A DNA stretch of 64,000 bases. It comes from Phaeosaccion multiseriatum. Its lineage: Eukaryota > Protista > Ochrophyta, other classes. Made by a program: the position numbers and the translations under genes. The stretch is from the NCBI GenBank assembly GCA_965112735.1, contig OZ218950.1:2170001-2234000 (forward strand). The letters run 5' to 3'. Position 1 is the first letter of the stretch; the number at the start of each line of letters is the position of its first letter. Below are positions 35,501-48,227 of the stretch, piece after piece. The notes beneath the pieces were generated by a model that did not search any database, was not told the origin of the DNA, and saw only the letters and a list, made by a program, of their open reading frames with translations.

Positions 35501-36325
35501 CCGCATGAGCTTGGCATCCACGTTGACGGAGGCAATGTCATTGACCACCATCCCAACGCGCAGGCCCTCTCTGTTCTCCAGCAACTTCTTGAGGAGCGTC
35601 GTCTTGCCTGCCCCAAGAAAGCCGCTGATCAGGGTGACAGGGACTCGAGTATCGACGTCGTATTCCTCTCGTTCCTCCAGCTGCTGCTGCTGCTGCTGCT
35701 GCACACCCTCTGTTGCGGAGGTAGAGGACGATAGAGAAGTCGCCGAGGCGGAGTGCACGTCCTTTCCCCCTCGCCCTCCCCCGCGGAAGGGATACGAGAC
35801 GGATATGGCTGCGCCCCTTGCTCCTCCCCGTTTTGTTGTTGCCTTGTCTGGAATAGACAGCCACGAAGTGAAGGCCGGAACTTTCGCGACCCCCACGACG
35901 GGGGCGAACGCTGCTAGACTGGTGAGCTATTCATAAGGGGGTCACCACAACAATTCAACGGAGGAGCAATCAAGAGAGCAGCAGGTTAGAGGGCAAGAGG
36001 GAGGAAAGATTCGAGGAACGAATAATAAAAGCCTTCAACAGAGGATCAATCAAGATCAAAAGGTTAAAGGAATCCTGGCCCAAGATCATGCTCATGCGTC
36101 GGCTGCTGAGCAGATCAGCCTGAACACATCGGTGAACTCGAGTGGCAGAACCAGTGTAGTGGCAGCAGCAAGAGGGGGAGGAGAAAGGAGGGAGGAAAGA
36201 TTCGAGGAACGAATAACAAAAGACCCCCCTTTTTCACTTCCCTCGCCCTCTTCTGGCGCCTCTGCAATTACCTTAGCCAGTGCGAGAAGCACCATAGCCA
36301 CTCTTGCCATCACTCCCTCAGCCAT
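30851..36325 (-). CDS. COG0523/CobW-family G3E GTPase metallochaperone with bipartite plastid leader
   Basis: About 9 exons. [38 protein letters not shown] (CxCC), [33 protein letters not shown], His-rich insert, [24 protein letters not shown]. Exon 1 (36325-36272) spliced to 35926 gives [27 protein letters not shown]. Confidence 0.93.
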
Positions 36326-36517
36326 AACAAGGCCTGAAGGTCTTTTGTAGATATAAATGAAAGGAAAGAGGGGAGGGAACAACAACTATTGGCTGGCGCC
36401 TCCCGCCATATCTATTTCTAATGTCGTCAATATCGATTTCTAATATGGATACCATGTATATTCCGGCGAGACGGTTTGTAATAACGATTTTTGAAGGGGG
36501 AGGAGGAGGAGAGAACG

Positions 36518-39500
36518 ATGAGTGGAGAGGGCCCCGCCGAGAGTGGGCGAGTGGATGCAGCGATGCCAGGACGAGGGCCGCTCTCTCCCCGCCGGACGTT
36601 CGCGGAGGTGTGCAGGTCATCAACGGAGGCCGAACTTTCGGTGGAGGGAGGAGCTGGTGCTGCTGCGGCTTCGTCTCCCTCGCCCCGAAAGACGGTGCAA
36701 TTTTTCGGGGAGGGTGAGGAGGAGAGGCTTGAATCGGCTACGGGGACGGAGCAAAGGTCGAACGGCGTGCGGTTAAGCAGAACGGCAGAGTTTTGCGTAA
36801 ATAGTTCTGGTTCCTTCCCCACAGAGGAAGAGCCAGTGAGGTCACAATCCGAGGGACTGCCTCGTCTGCACCAGGAGAAGGAGCATAGAAGGAAGCAGTC
36901 AGGGGGATCGGTTGCCTCGGTTGGTCTGGGGGCCTTCTTTCGCCAGCTCCTCGCTTTCGGAGGGGTGGAAGAGGGGAACGGTTCTAAGATAGGCGTGGAG
37001 GGCCCGGATAGGCACGGAGGATCACCCCTCGGAGAAGGACTGGACCTTTCCATGGAGAAAGAGGAGAACGCGACAATGGTGACAACGACTTCCACCCCAC
37101 CATGGCCAGGAGGACATGAACAGAGCGGGAGGAAGGTGGTACAAAAAGGAGGAGCAGGAGGAGGAGAAGAAGAACAGGGGGGGAATGACGACGGGGAGGC
37201 GCAGTCTCACGCCTCAACGGCCGAAGAGGCCTTTGACGCAAATAGGACTTTCGGGGCATCACGAGGGGTCTCTATGCAGCTCACGGCCATGCTGGAGAGC
37301 TTTCAAACGAACGACGACTACGGGGACAGTCACCGTGACATGGAGGAGACCGAGGAGGAGGAGGAGGAGGAGGAGGGGGGGGGGGGGCGACAGCAACGGA
37401 GGCGGCAGCGGTCTCTGAGCCCGTCTGTAAGCCGCTCTGTAAGCCGGAGCCGGTCTGTGAGCCCGTGTGTTAGCCCGTCTGCTTTTCTCTCCGCCGATGC
37501 ACTTGTCCTCGGAGAAAGCGGGATCAGCAGCTGTCGTCCACCGAAGGGCAGCCTCTCCGCGTCTCTGACAAGGCTGGCCACGGAAGGTCCCTTGGCAGTC
37601 GGAGGAGTGCCCGTTCTCGAGGACCTGCATGCTGCTGCCCAAGACCGACCGCAGAATGCCGCCGCTGGCCGCTCTAGGTCCCTCTCTCCGGACGTGGCGA
37701 GTCGCATTCGTTTTGCCGGGGTGGAGGAGGAGGAGAAGCTCCTCGCTTTGCAGGAGACACGGCGGAGCTTCGACGGTGGGCTGCTCAGTGAGTGGGGAGG
37801 GGGGGAGGGGGACGAAGGCTTGGGAGGGAGCGGGTACCTGGCGGAAGGCAGCGGCCCCATCGACTTCAACGCTACGTGTGATTCCTTGGGCTCCACGTTT
37901 AGCGTGGCAGCGAGCGTCGACTCGGCATCGGCGGATGTGATTAAGCAGCACCATCAAAAGTCGGGTCGCCCCAACTCTATTGTGAGCCACAAGCGCCAGC
38001 GCAGCGCGTTGACCATGTGCATAGAGAAGGAGATGGTACATAAAATCGGCACGATGCGCATTCTCAAGGTTAAGAGGGAGGGCGTCAATATCTTCAATCA
38101 GAACGCCAAAGCCGGGATAAAGTTCATGGTCGAGCAAGGTGCGTGACTTGACTGAGGGAGGGAGGGAGGGAGGGAGGGAGGGAGGGAGGGATGGAATGAT
38201 GAAGGCACTGCATGGGCTGAGTGGGTGACTGAATGCCTGTCGTCGTATAGCAGCGGATCGATTGTTAAAGCGCCAAGAAAAGACGGCACCGGAATGGATG
38301 GAGCACATGGGAGGGAGGGAGGGAGGGAGGGAGGGAGGGAGGGCGTGTGTGAGAGAGAGAGAGGAAAGGGGCGGCTGCTATGGATACACACGTATGTATC
38401 TGTCTCAAGGGTGAGGGGAAGGAACTTGGTTGGTTAGGGCCAGCACAGGGTCTCGCCTCTCCACCCCGATCTCCTTTTGCCCTATTGTCAACACCTGCAC
38501 TTACAATCTGCTACGAAAAATTCGCTTCCTCTCTTCTCCCTCTCTCTCTCTCTCTCGCATGCGCGCGTTGTGTGTGCGCTGGTGTTTTCGTGTGTTCCGT
38601 ATTTTACACCGAAGGCATCATCAGCAACGACCCCGAAGAGATTTGCCAGTTCTTCGTGTCGGAATCTGGCCTGAGCAAGCGCAAAATCGGAGAGTTCTTT
38701 GGCAGGGAGGCGGAGCTGAACCAAGCCACACTTATTGCGTATTTGGCCACCCTGGACTTTGCCGGGATGGCACTGGATGGGGCCCTTCGCGTGATGGTGC
38801 TACGCTTCCGCATCCCCGGGGAGGCACAGCAGATTGACCGCATCATGGAACGGTTCGCGGAGCAGTACTGCAAAATGAATGAGGGCATGTTTGCATGTCC
38901 TGACACCGCGTACATCCTGGCCTTTAGCCTGATGATGCTCAATACGGACCTCTTTAACCGCAATCTCAAGGAGCCGGACAAGATGAAGGAGAATCAGTTC
39001 GTGGGCAATAACCGCGGCATTGATCAGGTATGTATGTTTTTTGGTATGAAGGACGAGGTTTGTGCTGGGGTTTAAGGATTCTTGGCCACTGAAGTACATG
39101 CGATACCGACGTACATCGACCTCTTGATGATGGAAAATTGGCTGGTATCGCACAATTCGATGCTGAATGATGGGTCTCAAAAGCTGAGCTGACACTGACA
39201 CTGAAACTGGCACTGTAAACCGAACGACCCCACCCACACACCCACACACACCCACGCAGGGTAAGGACCTTCCCGAAGATATGCTGCGGGCCATGTACCG
39301 GCGGATCAAGGAGGAGGAGATCAGGATGGATGAAGGAGACATGTACGAGAGCGAGGTTATTACTTTCGCTGCGCCCAAGATGAGCGGCTGGCTCAAGAAG
39401 AAGACGGGCAGCATGTTTGTGGGCATGAAGCGGCATTGGTTCGTCCTCGCCGACGGCGTCTTGTACTACTTCTTTGCACCGCAGGACGAGGCTCCCCGCT

Positions 39501-40885
39501 GCATCATACCGCTGGAGCAGGTGGAGGTGACGCCTGTGGGCAAGACGGATCTTGTGGTGACAAGTATCAAGGATGAAGACGGACTCGATAGCGAGGACGT
39601 GATTGACCTTCCCGTGAGGGAGGGAAGCAACGGAGGGGCGGGCGGTGGTGGTGGTGGTGGGGGAGGAGGAGGAGGAGGAGGAGGAGGCGGAGGGACGGGG
39701 GGGAGCAGCGGCATCGGTCCTGTGATTAAGAGTGTTAAGATGATGGCGGACGGTCGCATGGAGCAAGGGAGCCACAGAGAGTTCTACTTGCGAGCAGAAA
39801 GGACCGACGAGCGGGATCGCTGGGTCAGCGCTCTGCAGGATGAAACGATCCTCACCCCCAGGCTCAACGTGCTCTCCAACAGCAAGAAGCACATGCGACG
39901 GCGGACGTCTTTCCAGAACAACTTGCCGGCCGAAATGCCGGCACCGGTGCTGAGGGGCTGGACGTACACCCAACATGACGGCGGGTCGTGGAGTAGGAGA
40001 TACTTGGCGCTGTTCCAAGATGTGCATCTGGAGAGTGGCCAGAGCAGCGTGTTTTACTTCTACGGTAGCGCGGAGCTGTGCGATCGCATGATTGGGCAGA
40101 GACTTCACACCTACCACGGCTCGTTGGAATTGTCCACGGTGACCGAAATGGCGTTACAGAATGCGTGTGAGGACAATGGCCACCGCCGGACAATGGCGCT
40201 GGTGATCGAGCAGGGAAAGACCATGTTACTCAGCCCGGAGGACAAGAGGGACTTTCTTAATTGGGTACCCACCGTACGCGAGTGCTGTACCCAAGTCACC
40301 GCACCTCTGGAGATGCTAAGCCCGCCTTCCACCGGCAACAATTCTGGGGCCCCGTCTCGGAAGAGCACCCCCCGCGCCGAGTCTCTCCGTCTGCGGAGGC
40401 TGGAGAGGCAGCAGTCAGCGCAACAAGACGGGAAGGACGCTGTCGCAGCCAAGCCGCGCCGCGCCTCCACCACCAGTACCACCCCCACCCCAAGCTTGGT
40501 CTCTGCCTCCTCCACTTCTTCTGTGCCGACCGCACTCGTCTCGTCCGGATCCACCTCTCAACTGAGTGGGCTGGACTGGGGCGGAGGAGGAGGCACCAGC
40601 AGCACCACAGGAGGCACTCCAGCATCCCCAACATCAGCATCAAGCAGCGCCAGTGCATCAGCAGCAGCATCAATGCCGCCTCAGCACCCGTCCCCACCCA
40701 AGGTCTCGGGAGTGTCGACCTTCACGAGCACGGCGAGGAGAGCATCTCGAACTTTCACTTCGATCAGAACGTTCAGTCCTAATCGCAAGGAGCACAGGAA
40801 GAAGAGTATGGACGCGCAGTCTCAAGACCTTACCCTGCCTCTTCCTCCCCCGACCACCAGTAAGACGGGTGGTGGGAAAGGGTGA
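36518..40885 (+). CDS. Sec7-domain ARF guanine-nucleotide exchange factor with two PH domains (cytohesin-like)
   Basis: Exons ~36518-38138, 38615-39027, 39260-40885. FNQNAKAGI, GLSKRKIGEFFG, FRIPGEAQQIDR, LAFSLMMLNTDL. PH1 SGWLKKK..KRHWFVL..ERDRWVSAL; PH2 RGWTY..WSRRYLAL..DFLNWV. Confidence 0.93.
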
Positions 40886-40939
40886 AGGTGTGAGGACCGT
40901 AAGGTGGAAGAGCTGTGGCAGGCAGGAGCTGCTGCAGCA

Positions 40940-40980
<41 letters not shown>

Positions 40981-41034
40981 TTCATTGATAAAAGGTTTTT
41001 AATTAAAATTAATTTTGAGTAAAGTGAAATCAAA

Positions 41035-43104
41035 TCAAAATTTGCCGACAATGGCGCTCTTGAGGGGCCCAAGTGCATTAAGCACCCCGATGCCCGTATT
41101 CCTCAGAGCGGCAAGAGGGCCCGATGGGGAGCCGAAGAGGTGGTGGAGGGTGTTGAGGGCCCCCATCATGGCAAGGTTCTTGGGCTTGCGGTCGGCTTCG
41201 TATCTGGCGGGAGGGGGGGGTGGGGGATGGGGGGTGGGGGGGGGGTTGAGTTACCAGCGGTGGCGTTACTGTTGCTAGATTTCAGTGGGAGCACGGAAGG
41301 GAGGGAGGGAGGGAGGGAGGGAGGAAGGGAGGAAGGAAGGAAAGAAGGAAGGAAGGAAGGAAGGAAGGAAGGAAGGAAGGAAGGAAGGAAGGAAGGAAAG
41401 AAGGAAAGAAGGAAAGAAGGGAAGGGAGGGAGGGAGGGAGGGAGGAAGGAAGGAGGGTAGGAAGGAAGGGAGGGAGGGAGGGAGGGAGGAAGGAAGGAAG
41501 GAAGGTAGGTAGGTAGGTAGGTAGGAAGGAAGGAAGGAAGGTAGGTAGGAAGGAAGGAAGGAAGGAAGGAAGGAAGGACCCACTCTACTCGCTCACTCGA
41601 GACGCACGAACCGTTTGAGTAGGTGTGCGCTGCCCAGATCCGCTCCAGTCCGATACCCTTCCTCCAACACCTTTACGAGGCTGTCCACATCCTCCATCCC
41701 AAGGTTGAGCCCCTGCCCAGCCATTGGGTGTATGGTGTGTGCAGCGTCGCCAACAAGGGCAACTCGGGCACTCGTGTAGTGCGTGGCCTGCTGCAGAGAG
41801 AGGTCGAAGGAGAGGCGCTTGCTCGCCAAGCCGCTCACCTGAGGAGGCAGCTCGAAGCGCTGCCCGGCATCACCGGACACAGAGCTGAGCGAGGCGATGG
41901 CATTGGACACGCTGGTCAGCACGTCGACCGGCAGTTGCAACAGGGGCGACGGCGGTGGGGTAGCCGCTTTGGCAGGGGACTGCAAAGCCGCGTTCAACTC
42001 TGCCACAAACTCTGCCTCCGGGAGGGCCTTGAGCCTCTCCGCGTCTGTCGGAGTTGTGGACCACACGATAGAGGAGTATTCCTTCCACAGCGGTAGGAGG
42101 GCGAGGGGTCCCTTGGGGAAGAAGCGCTGCCAGGCTGTTGTCCTTGACGCTGCTGCTGCTGATGATGATGACGCTCCCGTATCGCCATGCTGTACATTGA
42201 CGGTTGCCACCACCGCTCGTTGGCCGTAGCCCCACCCCCATGTGGGCAGGCCCGTGAGCTTTCTAACCTTGGACATACCTCCGTCCGCCGCCACGAGGAG
42301 CCTGACCTTTAGGTGGCTCTTCTTGGGTGCTTCGCCATTGCTACTGCTGTCGACCAAGGACACCTCCATCGGACGAGTGCCGTCTCCCCACCCGCCCCCT
42401 GTTGCGGCGGTGGAGGTGTCGGTACTAATCGCCTCTACTTGCGAGGGACATAGCAGTGACACGCGGCCCTCTGCCTGCAGGTCCTCCAATCGCTCAAAGA
42501 GGCTGGCTTGCAGGCAATTGTGCTCGACAATGTGACCCATGCCACTCGTCGGGTCCTTCCCTTTGCTGCCCTTCTTGCTGCTGCTGCCATTCTCCACCCC
42601 GAAGCGAAGGTGTCCCCTACCGTGAGCGTCCCATACTTGCATGTCTGTAAACGGCTGAGCTCGCTTGCTCACCTCGCCCCACACACCAACTTCTTCCAAT
42701 AGACGACAGGAAGACGGCGTGAACGAGTATACTCGAACGTCTGGGGTAGCCTTAGCCTGCACCTCTGCCAGTCGCGGAGGTGGGCGGCCTTCTACCACGC
42801 ACACCCTCAACCTCTTACTGCCACCCTTGCTATCATCACCCTTCCCCACAGAGAGGGTTTGCAGCACTGGACTGGAGGCGAGCCGACAGCCCAGCGCGGC
42901 GCCTACCACACCCCCTCCCACCACCATAATGTCGTAGTCGTACTCCCAAGTCTCTTGGATTGGTTCTGCTGCTGCTGCTCCTGCTGCGGCTGCTTCCTCC
43001 CTGGGCAGAGAGCTCGAGAAAGGGCGCCACCGATTGCGGATTAAGGGAGGCAGCCGCGACCGTGCCGCAGCCACGGCCCGGCCGCTCCCTACCCCCAGAG
43101 CCAT
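41035..43104 (-). CDS. COQ6: Ubiquinone biosynthesis FAD monooxygenase, with mitochondrial-type leader
   Basis: Exons 43104-41612 and 41203-41035. DIMVVGGGVVG, MQVWDA, LLVAADG, AWQRFFPKGPLALLPL, SIVWS, VALVGDAAHTIHPMAGQGLNLG, YEADRK. Confidence 0.93.
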
Positions 43105-43333
43105 CAGCGATCCTCTAGTGGTGACTGCAGTTCCTTGTTTGGTTCGTTTTTGCTTTTATCATCTGGTCCGATCCCAGTCAGACAAAAGGTGGGATTCACA
43201 GCAGTTGGTTCTCCAGTCTTCTCTCAATCACGCGATCATCAGCCGTGTACACTTACTTAATATACAATTCCACAGGCTCTCTTGAGGGATCAGGGCCAAG
43301 CTTTATGCTGCACTCAACCTCTTTCCTTGCGCA

Positions 43334-46300
43334 ATGACTCAACGTAGCACATTTGCTGGAAAAAACAGCAGTTCTGGCAGGGGAGGCAGCGATGACGAAA
43401 GCAAGGAAGAGAAATCGAAGCCCTTTGCGGGCGGCAAGGCAACCTTCCTCCTCCTCTGGGCAAGCCAGCTCATCTCTCTCCTCGGGAGCGAGGTAAGCAC
43501 GCCAGGACAGCATTCCGTCAACGACAAGCTGTGCAATACATAGCCCAGAAAGAAGTGGAACAGGCAACCCCATCTTCCTCTAATTCCTCCCTTCCCTTGC
43601 CTCTTCTCTCACTTCTCTTCGGAATGACGCAGGTTGCCCACTTTGCGCTCCGTGTATGGTAAGTTTGGTCGCTCGTGTCGAAGGTGAAACAACGGAATGG
43701 AGTATGTATTTAGGGAGCTTCACGCCCACCCTTCTCACTCCCACGCACCGATGTGCTTGACCACCTCTGTCTACCGCACCCATTCCAATCGCATCTGCCC
43801 CTCTCTCCACTTCTGCGTCTGACGCACTGAATTCTTGTGGCAAAGCACTCACCCTTTGCATTCTCGATACCCACTCTCACTCTTCCCCCTTCTCCTGCTC
43901 ACGTACTGTACTGCCTCCTCCTTCTGATTCTTCCCCTTTCCAATGCGTGACGGACCTCTTAGGACGTACACGGAGACTCAGAGCGTGACGCAGTTCTCCC
44001 TCATTACCTTCTTCACCGAGGCTCCGGCGCTCCTCCTCGCGCCATTCGCAGGTAAAGAGACGCATCTCCACATCCACTTACGTACCCACCTACCTACCCA
44101 CCAACCCACCTCTCTACCTACCTACCTACCTACCTACCCACCTACCTACGTATCTTCCCCTTTGCTTTCGTTCATCACACGTGCTCCACTGCCCCCATGG
44201 GGAATGCCTATATATTATATCTCCGACTCACAGCCACTCAACCCCACCAACTCACAACAACCCCCCCCCCTCCACACACAAACACACATATGCATACACA
44301 CACACGCGCGCACACACACACATACACACATACACACATACACACACATGCACACCTGCATACAAACACACACACATGCACACACATGCACACACACACG
44401 CAAATACACACATGCACACATGCGCACACGTGCACACACACAAACACACACATTCACACACACAAACACACACATTCACACACACAAACACACACATGCA
44501 CACATGCACACAAACACACACACACACATATTTGCATTTGTACTGCGCAGGAGTCCTCGTGGACCGCTATCCTCGCAAGGCCTGTCTCCTCCTCTCCGAC
44601 TCCGTCTCAGCATTGGCGACGCTCTTCATCGCGTACCAGCACCACCGCGGCAACCTGCTTCCGCACCACATCTACCTCTCTAATGTCGTCTTCTCCTGGG
44701 CCAATGCCCTCCAATGGCCCGCCTTCAAGGCCACTGTCGCTCTGCTCATCCCTCCCCAGGACCTCGTCCGATATGGAGGTTTAGACCAGGCGGCACCAGC
44801 ACTCTCCATGCTGCTCGCTCCTTTGGCGGCGGGGTACATTGCATCTCGCTATGGCCTGAGGGGTGCCTTCGTTGTGGAGTTCGTAACGTTTGCCTTGGCA
44901 TCCGCGGTGACTCTTTTTGCAACCATTCCCAGCCCCCCCCCCTTAAGAAAGGCACCCCCAAAGGCCTCCAAAGGCATAAAGAGCAGCAGCAGCAGCAGCG
45001 GCAGCGGCAGCAGCTCCAGTGGACTGGGTGTATACTCCAAGATCCTGTCCGACCTGCTGGCAGAGGCATGGGAGGGCTGGGTCTTTATTGCGCGGAGAAG
45101 GGGGCTGGTCGGGCTGCTGCTCTTGCTCGCATGCGGCCACCTCTCGTCCGGCCTGGTGCGCATTCTCATGATGCCGGTGCTGCTCAACTTAGGGGACGGA
45201 GATGCGGATGCGAGTACTTTGGGCTATGTGCTCAGCGTTTCGGGTACGGGGGCTTTGTTCGGCGCTACCTTTCTTGCTCTGTGGGGTGGGCCAAAGAAGC
45301 GAAAGGTGCGTGCGTGCGTGCGTGCGTGGATTGGAGAAGCGGGACGGACCCTGTCACCCAGGGGGGTGCCATCAAACGGAAGAGCCATACTTTTTTCAAG
45401 ACCCTCCCTCCCTCCCTCCCTCCCTCCGTCTCTACAGGTGTTCGCCGTCCTCACTTGCGTCTTCCTGCAGGGGCTTCTTCTGTGCTGCTGCGGTATTGTG
45501 CGAAGCGCGTGGGCCATGCTCGTCACGGCTTTCCTTTACATGAGCCTCATCCCTCTCAACAGGGCTTGCAGGTCGGCCATTTGGCAGCTCAAAGTGCCGA
45601 GTGAAATGCAGGTAAGGTCAGAATCAGTTTCGGTTCGTTATCATCTGTACTCAGTTTCGTTGTGATCAGATCGAGGGTAGGGGGGGGTGGTAAGGCGGGA
45701 ATAGGCACGAAGCTCCTGGCTGTGGGCGCGTGTATATGCTCTTGTCGGACTATCACATTCCTTCCTTGCGCGTGCGTGTGTGCGTGCGTGCGTGCGTGGG
45801 TGCGTGTGTGCGTGCGTGCGTGGTGCTGTGTATGTTTGGGGCTCAAACTCCCCCCTTCCCCCCCCCCCCTCTGCGTTGCTCACCTTGTGTGTCCGTGCAA
45901 GCAGGGCCGTGTCTTTGGTATACAGAGAGCCATCACGGAGGGAGCAGCTCCTGTGGCAGCGCTGGTGGGGGGGTTTCTGGCCGACAGGTGGGTAAAGTGG
46001 TGGTACGGACTTCACTTTCTTCTTGCAAATTGCTTCAACTTGCTCTCTCTCTCTCTATTCTCTCTCAGTACAGTGTGTACTCACTACATACTCGGGGGTC
46101 CCAGTTTCCAGTTCCAATACGCCCCCCCCTTTCCCCCTCCCACCTCCCCCAACCTCCCGCTTCTGTGCATACACAAAACGAAAAGCCTGTTCGAGCCCTG
46201 GCTGCAGGAGCCGTTGCATACCCAGGGGGGCTGGGCCCTGCTGGCAGCTCGAATCGTTGGAACCGGCAAGGGAAGGGGGAGTGCAGCGGCATTGGTGGTG

Positions 46301-46492
46301 GCGGGATTGGCAAGTGCTCTCGCAGCAGTGTGGGGGGCTTGGTTTGCACCTCTGAGGAGAGTCGACATCGACCTTCCTGACTTTTCGAGTGGGCCCCCCT
46401 CGTCTGCTGCAGATGCCCAACAAGGTGGGGCTTCCGCAGTTGGTGATACAGTAGGAGGAGCAGCAGGGGTTGGTGATAAACATCAGGAGTAG
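43334..46492 (+). CDS. Major facilitator superfamily transporter, bacterial MefA/DHA3-like
   Basis: Exons ~43334-43492, 43633-43658, 43963-44051, 44551-45305, 45439-45611, 45905-45988, 46186-46492. [15 protein letters not shown], motif [46 protein letters not shown]. Confidence 0.88.
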
Positions 46493-48227
46493 CAGTTGGT
46501 GATACAGCGGAGAGCGGGGAAGCGAGGACAGCGTCAAATGAGGTGCATTTGAGCAGCAGCGAAGGAGCACTGACTTTTATTTACGTGGTCGGGGAATGAT
46601 CGATGCATCTCTCCTTCACTTTACAAGCAGGCGGTCGAGCATGGAAGCGGTGTCACAGGGAAGAGAGAGAGAAGGGGGGAGAGAGAGGGAGAGAGAGAGA
46701 GAAGAGAGAGAGATAGGGAGACAGGGAGAGAGAGGGGGGCAACAGCAGGGCGGTGTCAAAGGGCAGAGAGAGAGAGAGATGGGGAGATAGAGGGGGGCAG
46801 CAGCAGGGCGGTGCAAAGAGGCAGGGACGCTCCCCGTTTAATCTTTTTATGCTCACGTTTGTGTCCCACTCTCTCTCTCACAGTACAGGGAGCGAGTAGG
46901 GAGGGAGGGAGAGAGAGAAGGGATGGTACTGGAGGGTGACATTGGTGGTCAGTTTTCAGTTTTCAGGGATTGGGGATCACAAGAGTCCAAAGATCCCACC
47001 TCCTCGGCCGCCCCTAGGGATAGTGTTTACTGCATCAGTAAAGACGCAGATCCATGCCGCTCTTCTATTCTAGCCTTGCCACTCGCCGATTTGTATATTT
47101 TGTTCACAAGAAGTACAAAAGAGTGTAGTGTCTCAAATATCTTCCATTTCCTTTTTATAGTGATTGTCTTCGGGCCCCGCAAAGGCGCCCCTCTTAAACC
47201 GAGTCAATGCGAAGACAAATGAAACAAGACATTTTACAAAGAAACGTTTTGATCCTCTCTCCCTCCCCCCCCCCCCCCCATCTACCCACCTCCCCACCCA
47301 CCCACTGAGAGAGCTGCCTCTCGGCCCCCCCTCCCACAAAACTCATCACTCATCACTCCTCCTCCTACTCCTGCTGCTGCTGCTGCCCCCCGTCACATCC
47401 GCGCAGGAGGTGCGTGTGTGTAGTGAGGACATATTAACCAAACTAAGCCTAACCAAGCCTAACTCTACCTAACCTTTTCACTCACAAATGAATGACAAGC
47501 GACAAAACTACCTTCACCTTCACCCCTGTGTGTAGACGGGTAAAGAGGGGGGGGGGGTGCGGCGAGAACCCATCTCAGTTTCCTCGCCCACCCCTCCCTC
47601 TTCCCCTTCCTTACTTGACTCACGACCTCCCCCTCCTTCCCTCCTTCCTCTCACACGTGACGCACGCCATGGGCACACTCCTTCAAAACAAGACCCTCAC
47701 TGTACAAGTGTTGCCCCGTCTGTCGTCGGAAATGCTTACCGAACGAACGCTACCCCTCCCTCCCATCTCTCTCCATTTTTTCCCCTTCCTTCCCCTCCTT
47801 CCCTCCTCTAAATATAAAATATCAATGGTCAGCACGACCAAGTGGTTGTTTTTTCTACGCGGCATAATGTCAAGTGTCTGGGAAGCACAAGATGAAGCGA
47901 GACTGACGGCCGACGCCCGCCGCATGTCGCGTCGGTTGTCCCCGCCCCTCCTCCACCCTTGCGCAGTCCCTTCGCTCAACAACCGCTTTGCGTTTTCACC
48001 CCCTTTTTCTTTGCGCAACAAAGCGCTCGCATCCCATTTTTGTCCCTCCTTTTTTTCCATTTTTCTTTCCTTGTCCTTCTTTTCCATTTTCCTCTCCCCC
48101 CCACCCCTGCCCGCCCCACCCCTCCACCCTTCCCTGGGTAGGCCCTGCTCTCCTCGCTGCACATTGCACAGCAGGTATACATCGACATCCCCCCCCCTCA
48201 CCTCCGTTCTCTCTCCCCCGCCCCCGC

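Noticed and set aside
36001-36225. ~30-bp direct repeat in CobW intron 1 (and the 27-bp tandem pair at ~59515-59568) as CRISPR or LTR
   Set aside because: Only two copies each, in a eukaryotic intron context, with no internal element; local duplications.
47437-47474. Interstitial telomere (CCTAA-like)
   Set aside because: Only a few degenerate units.
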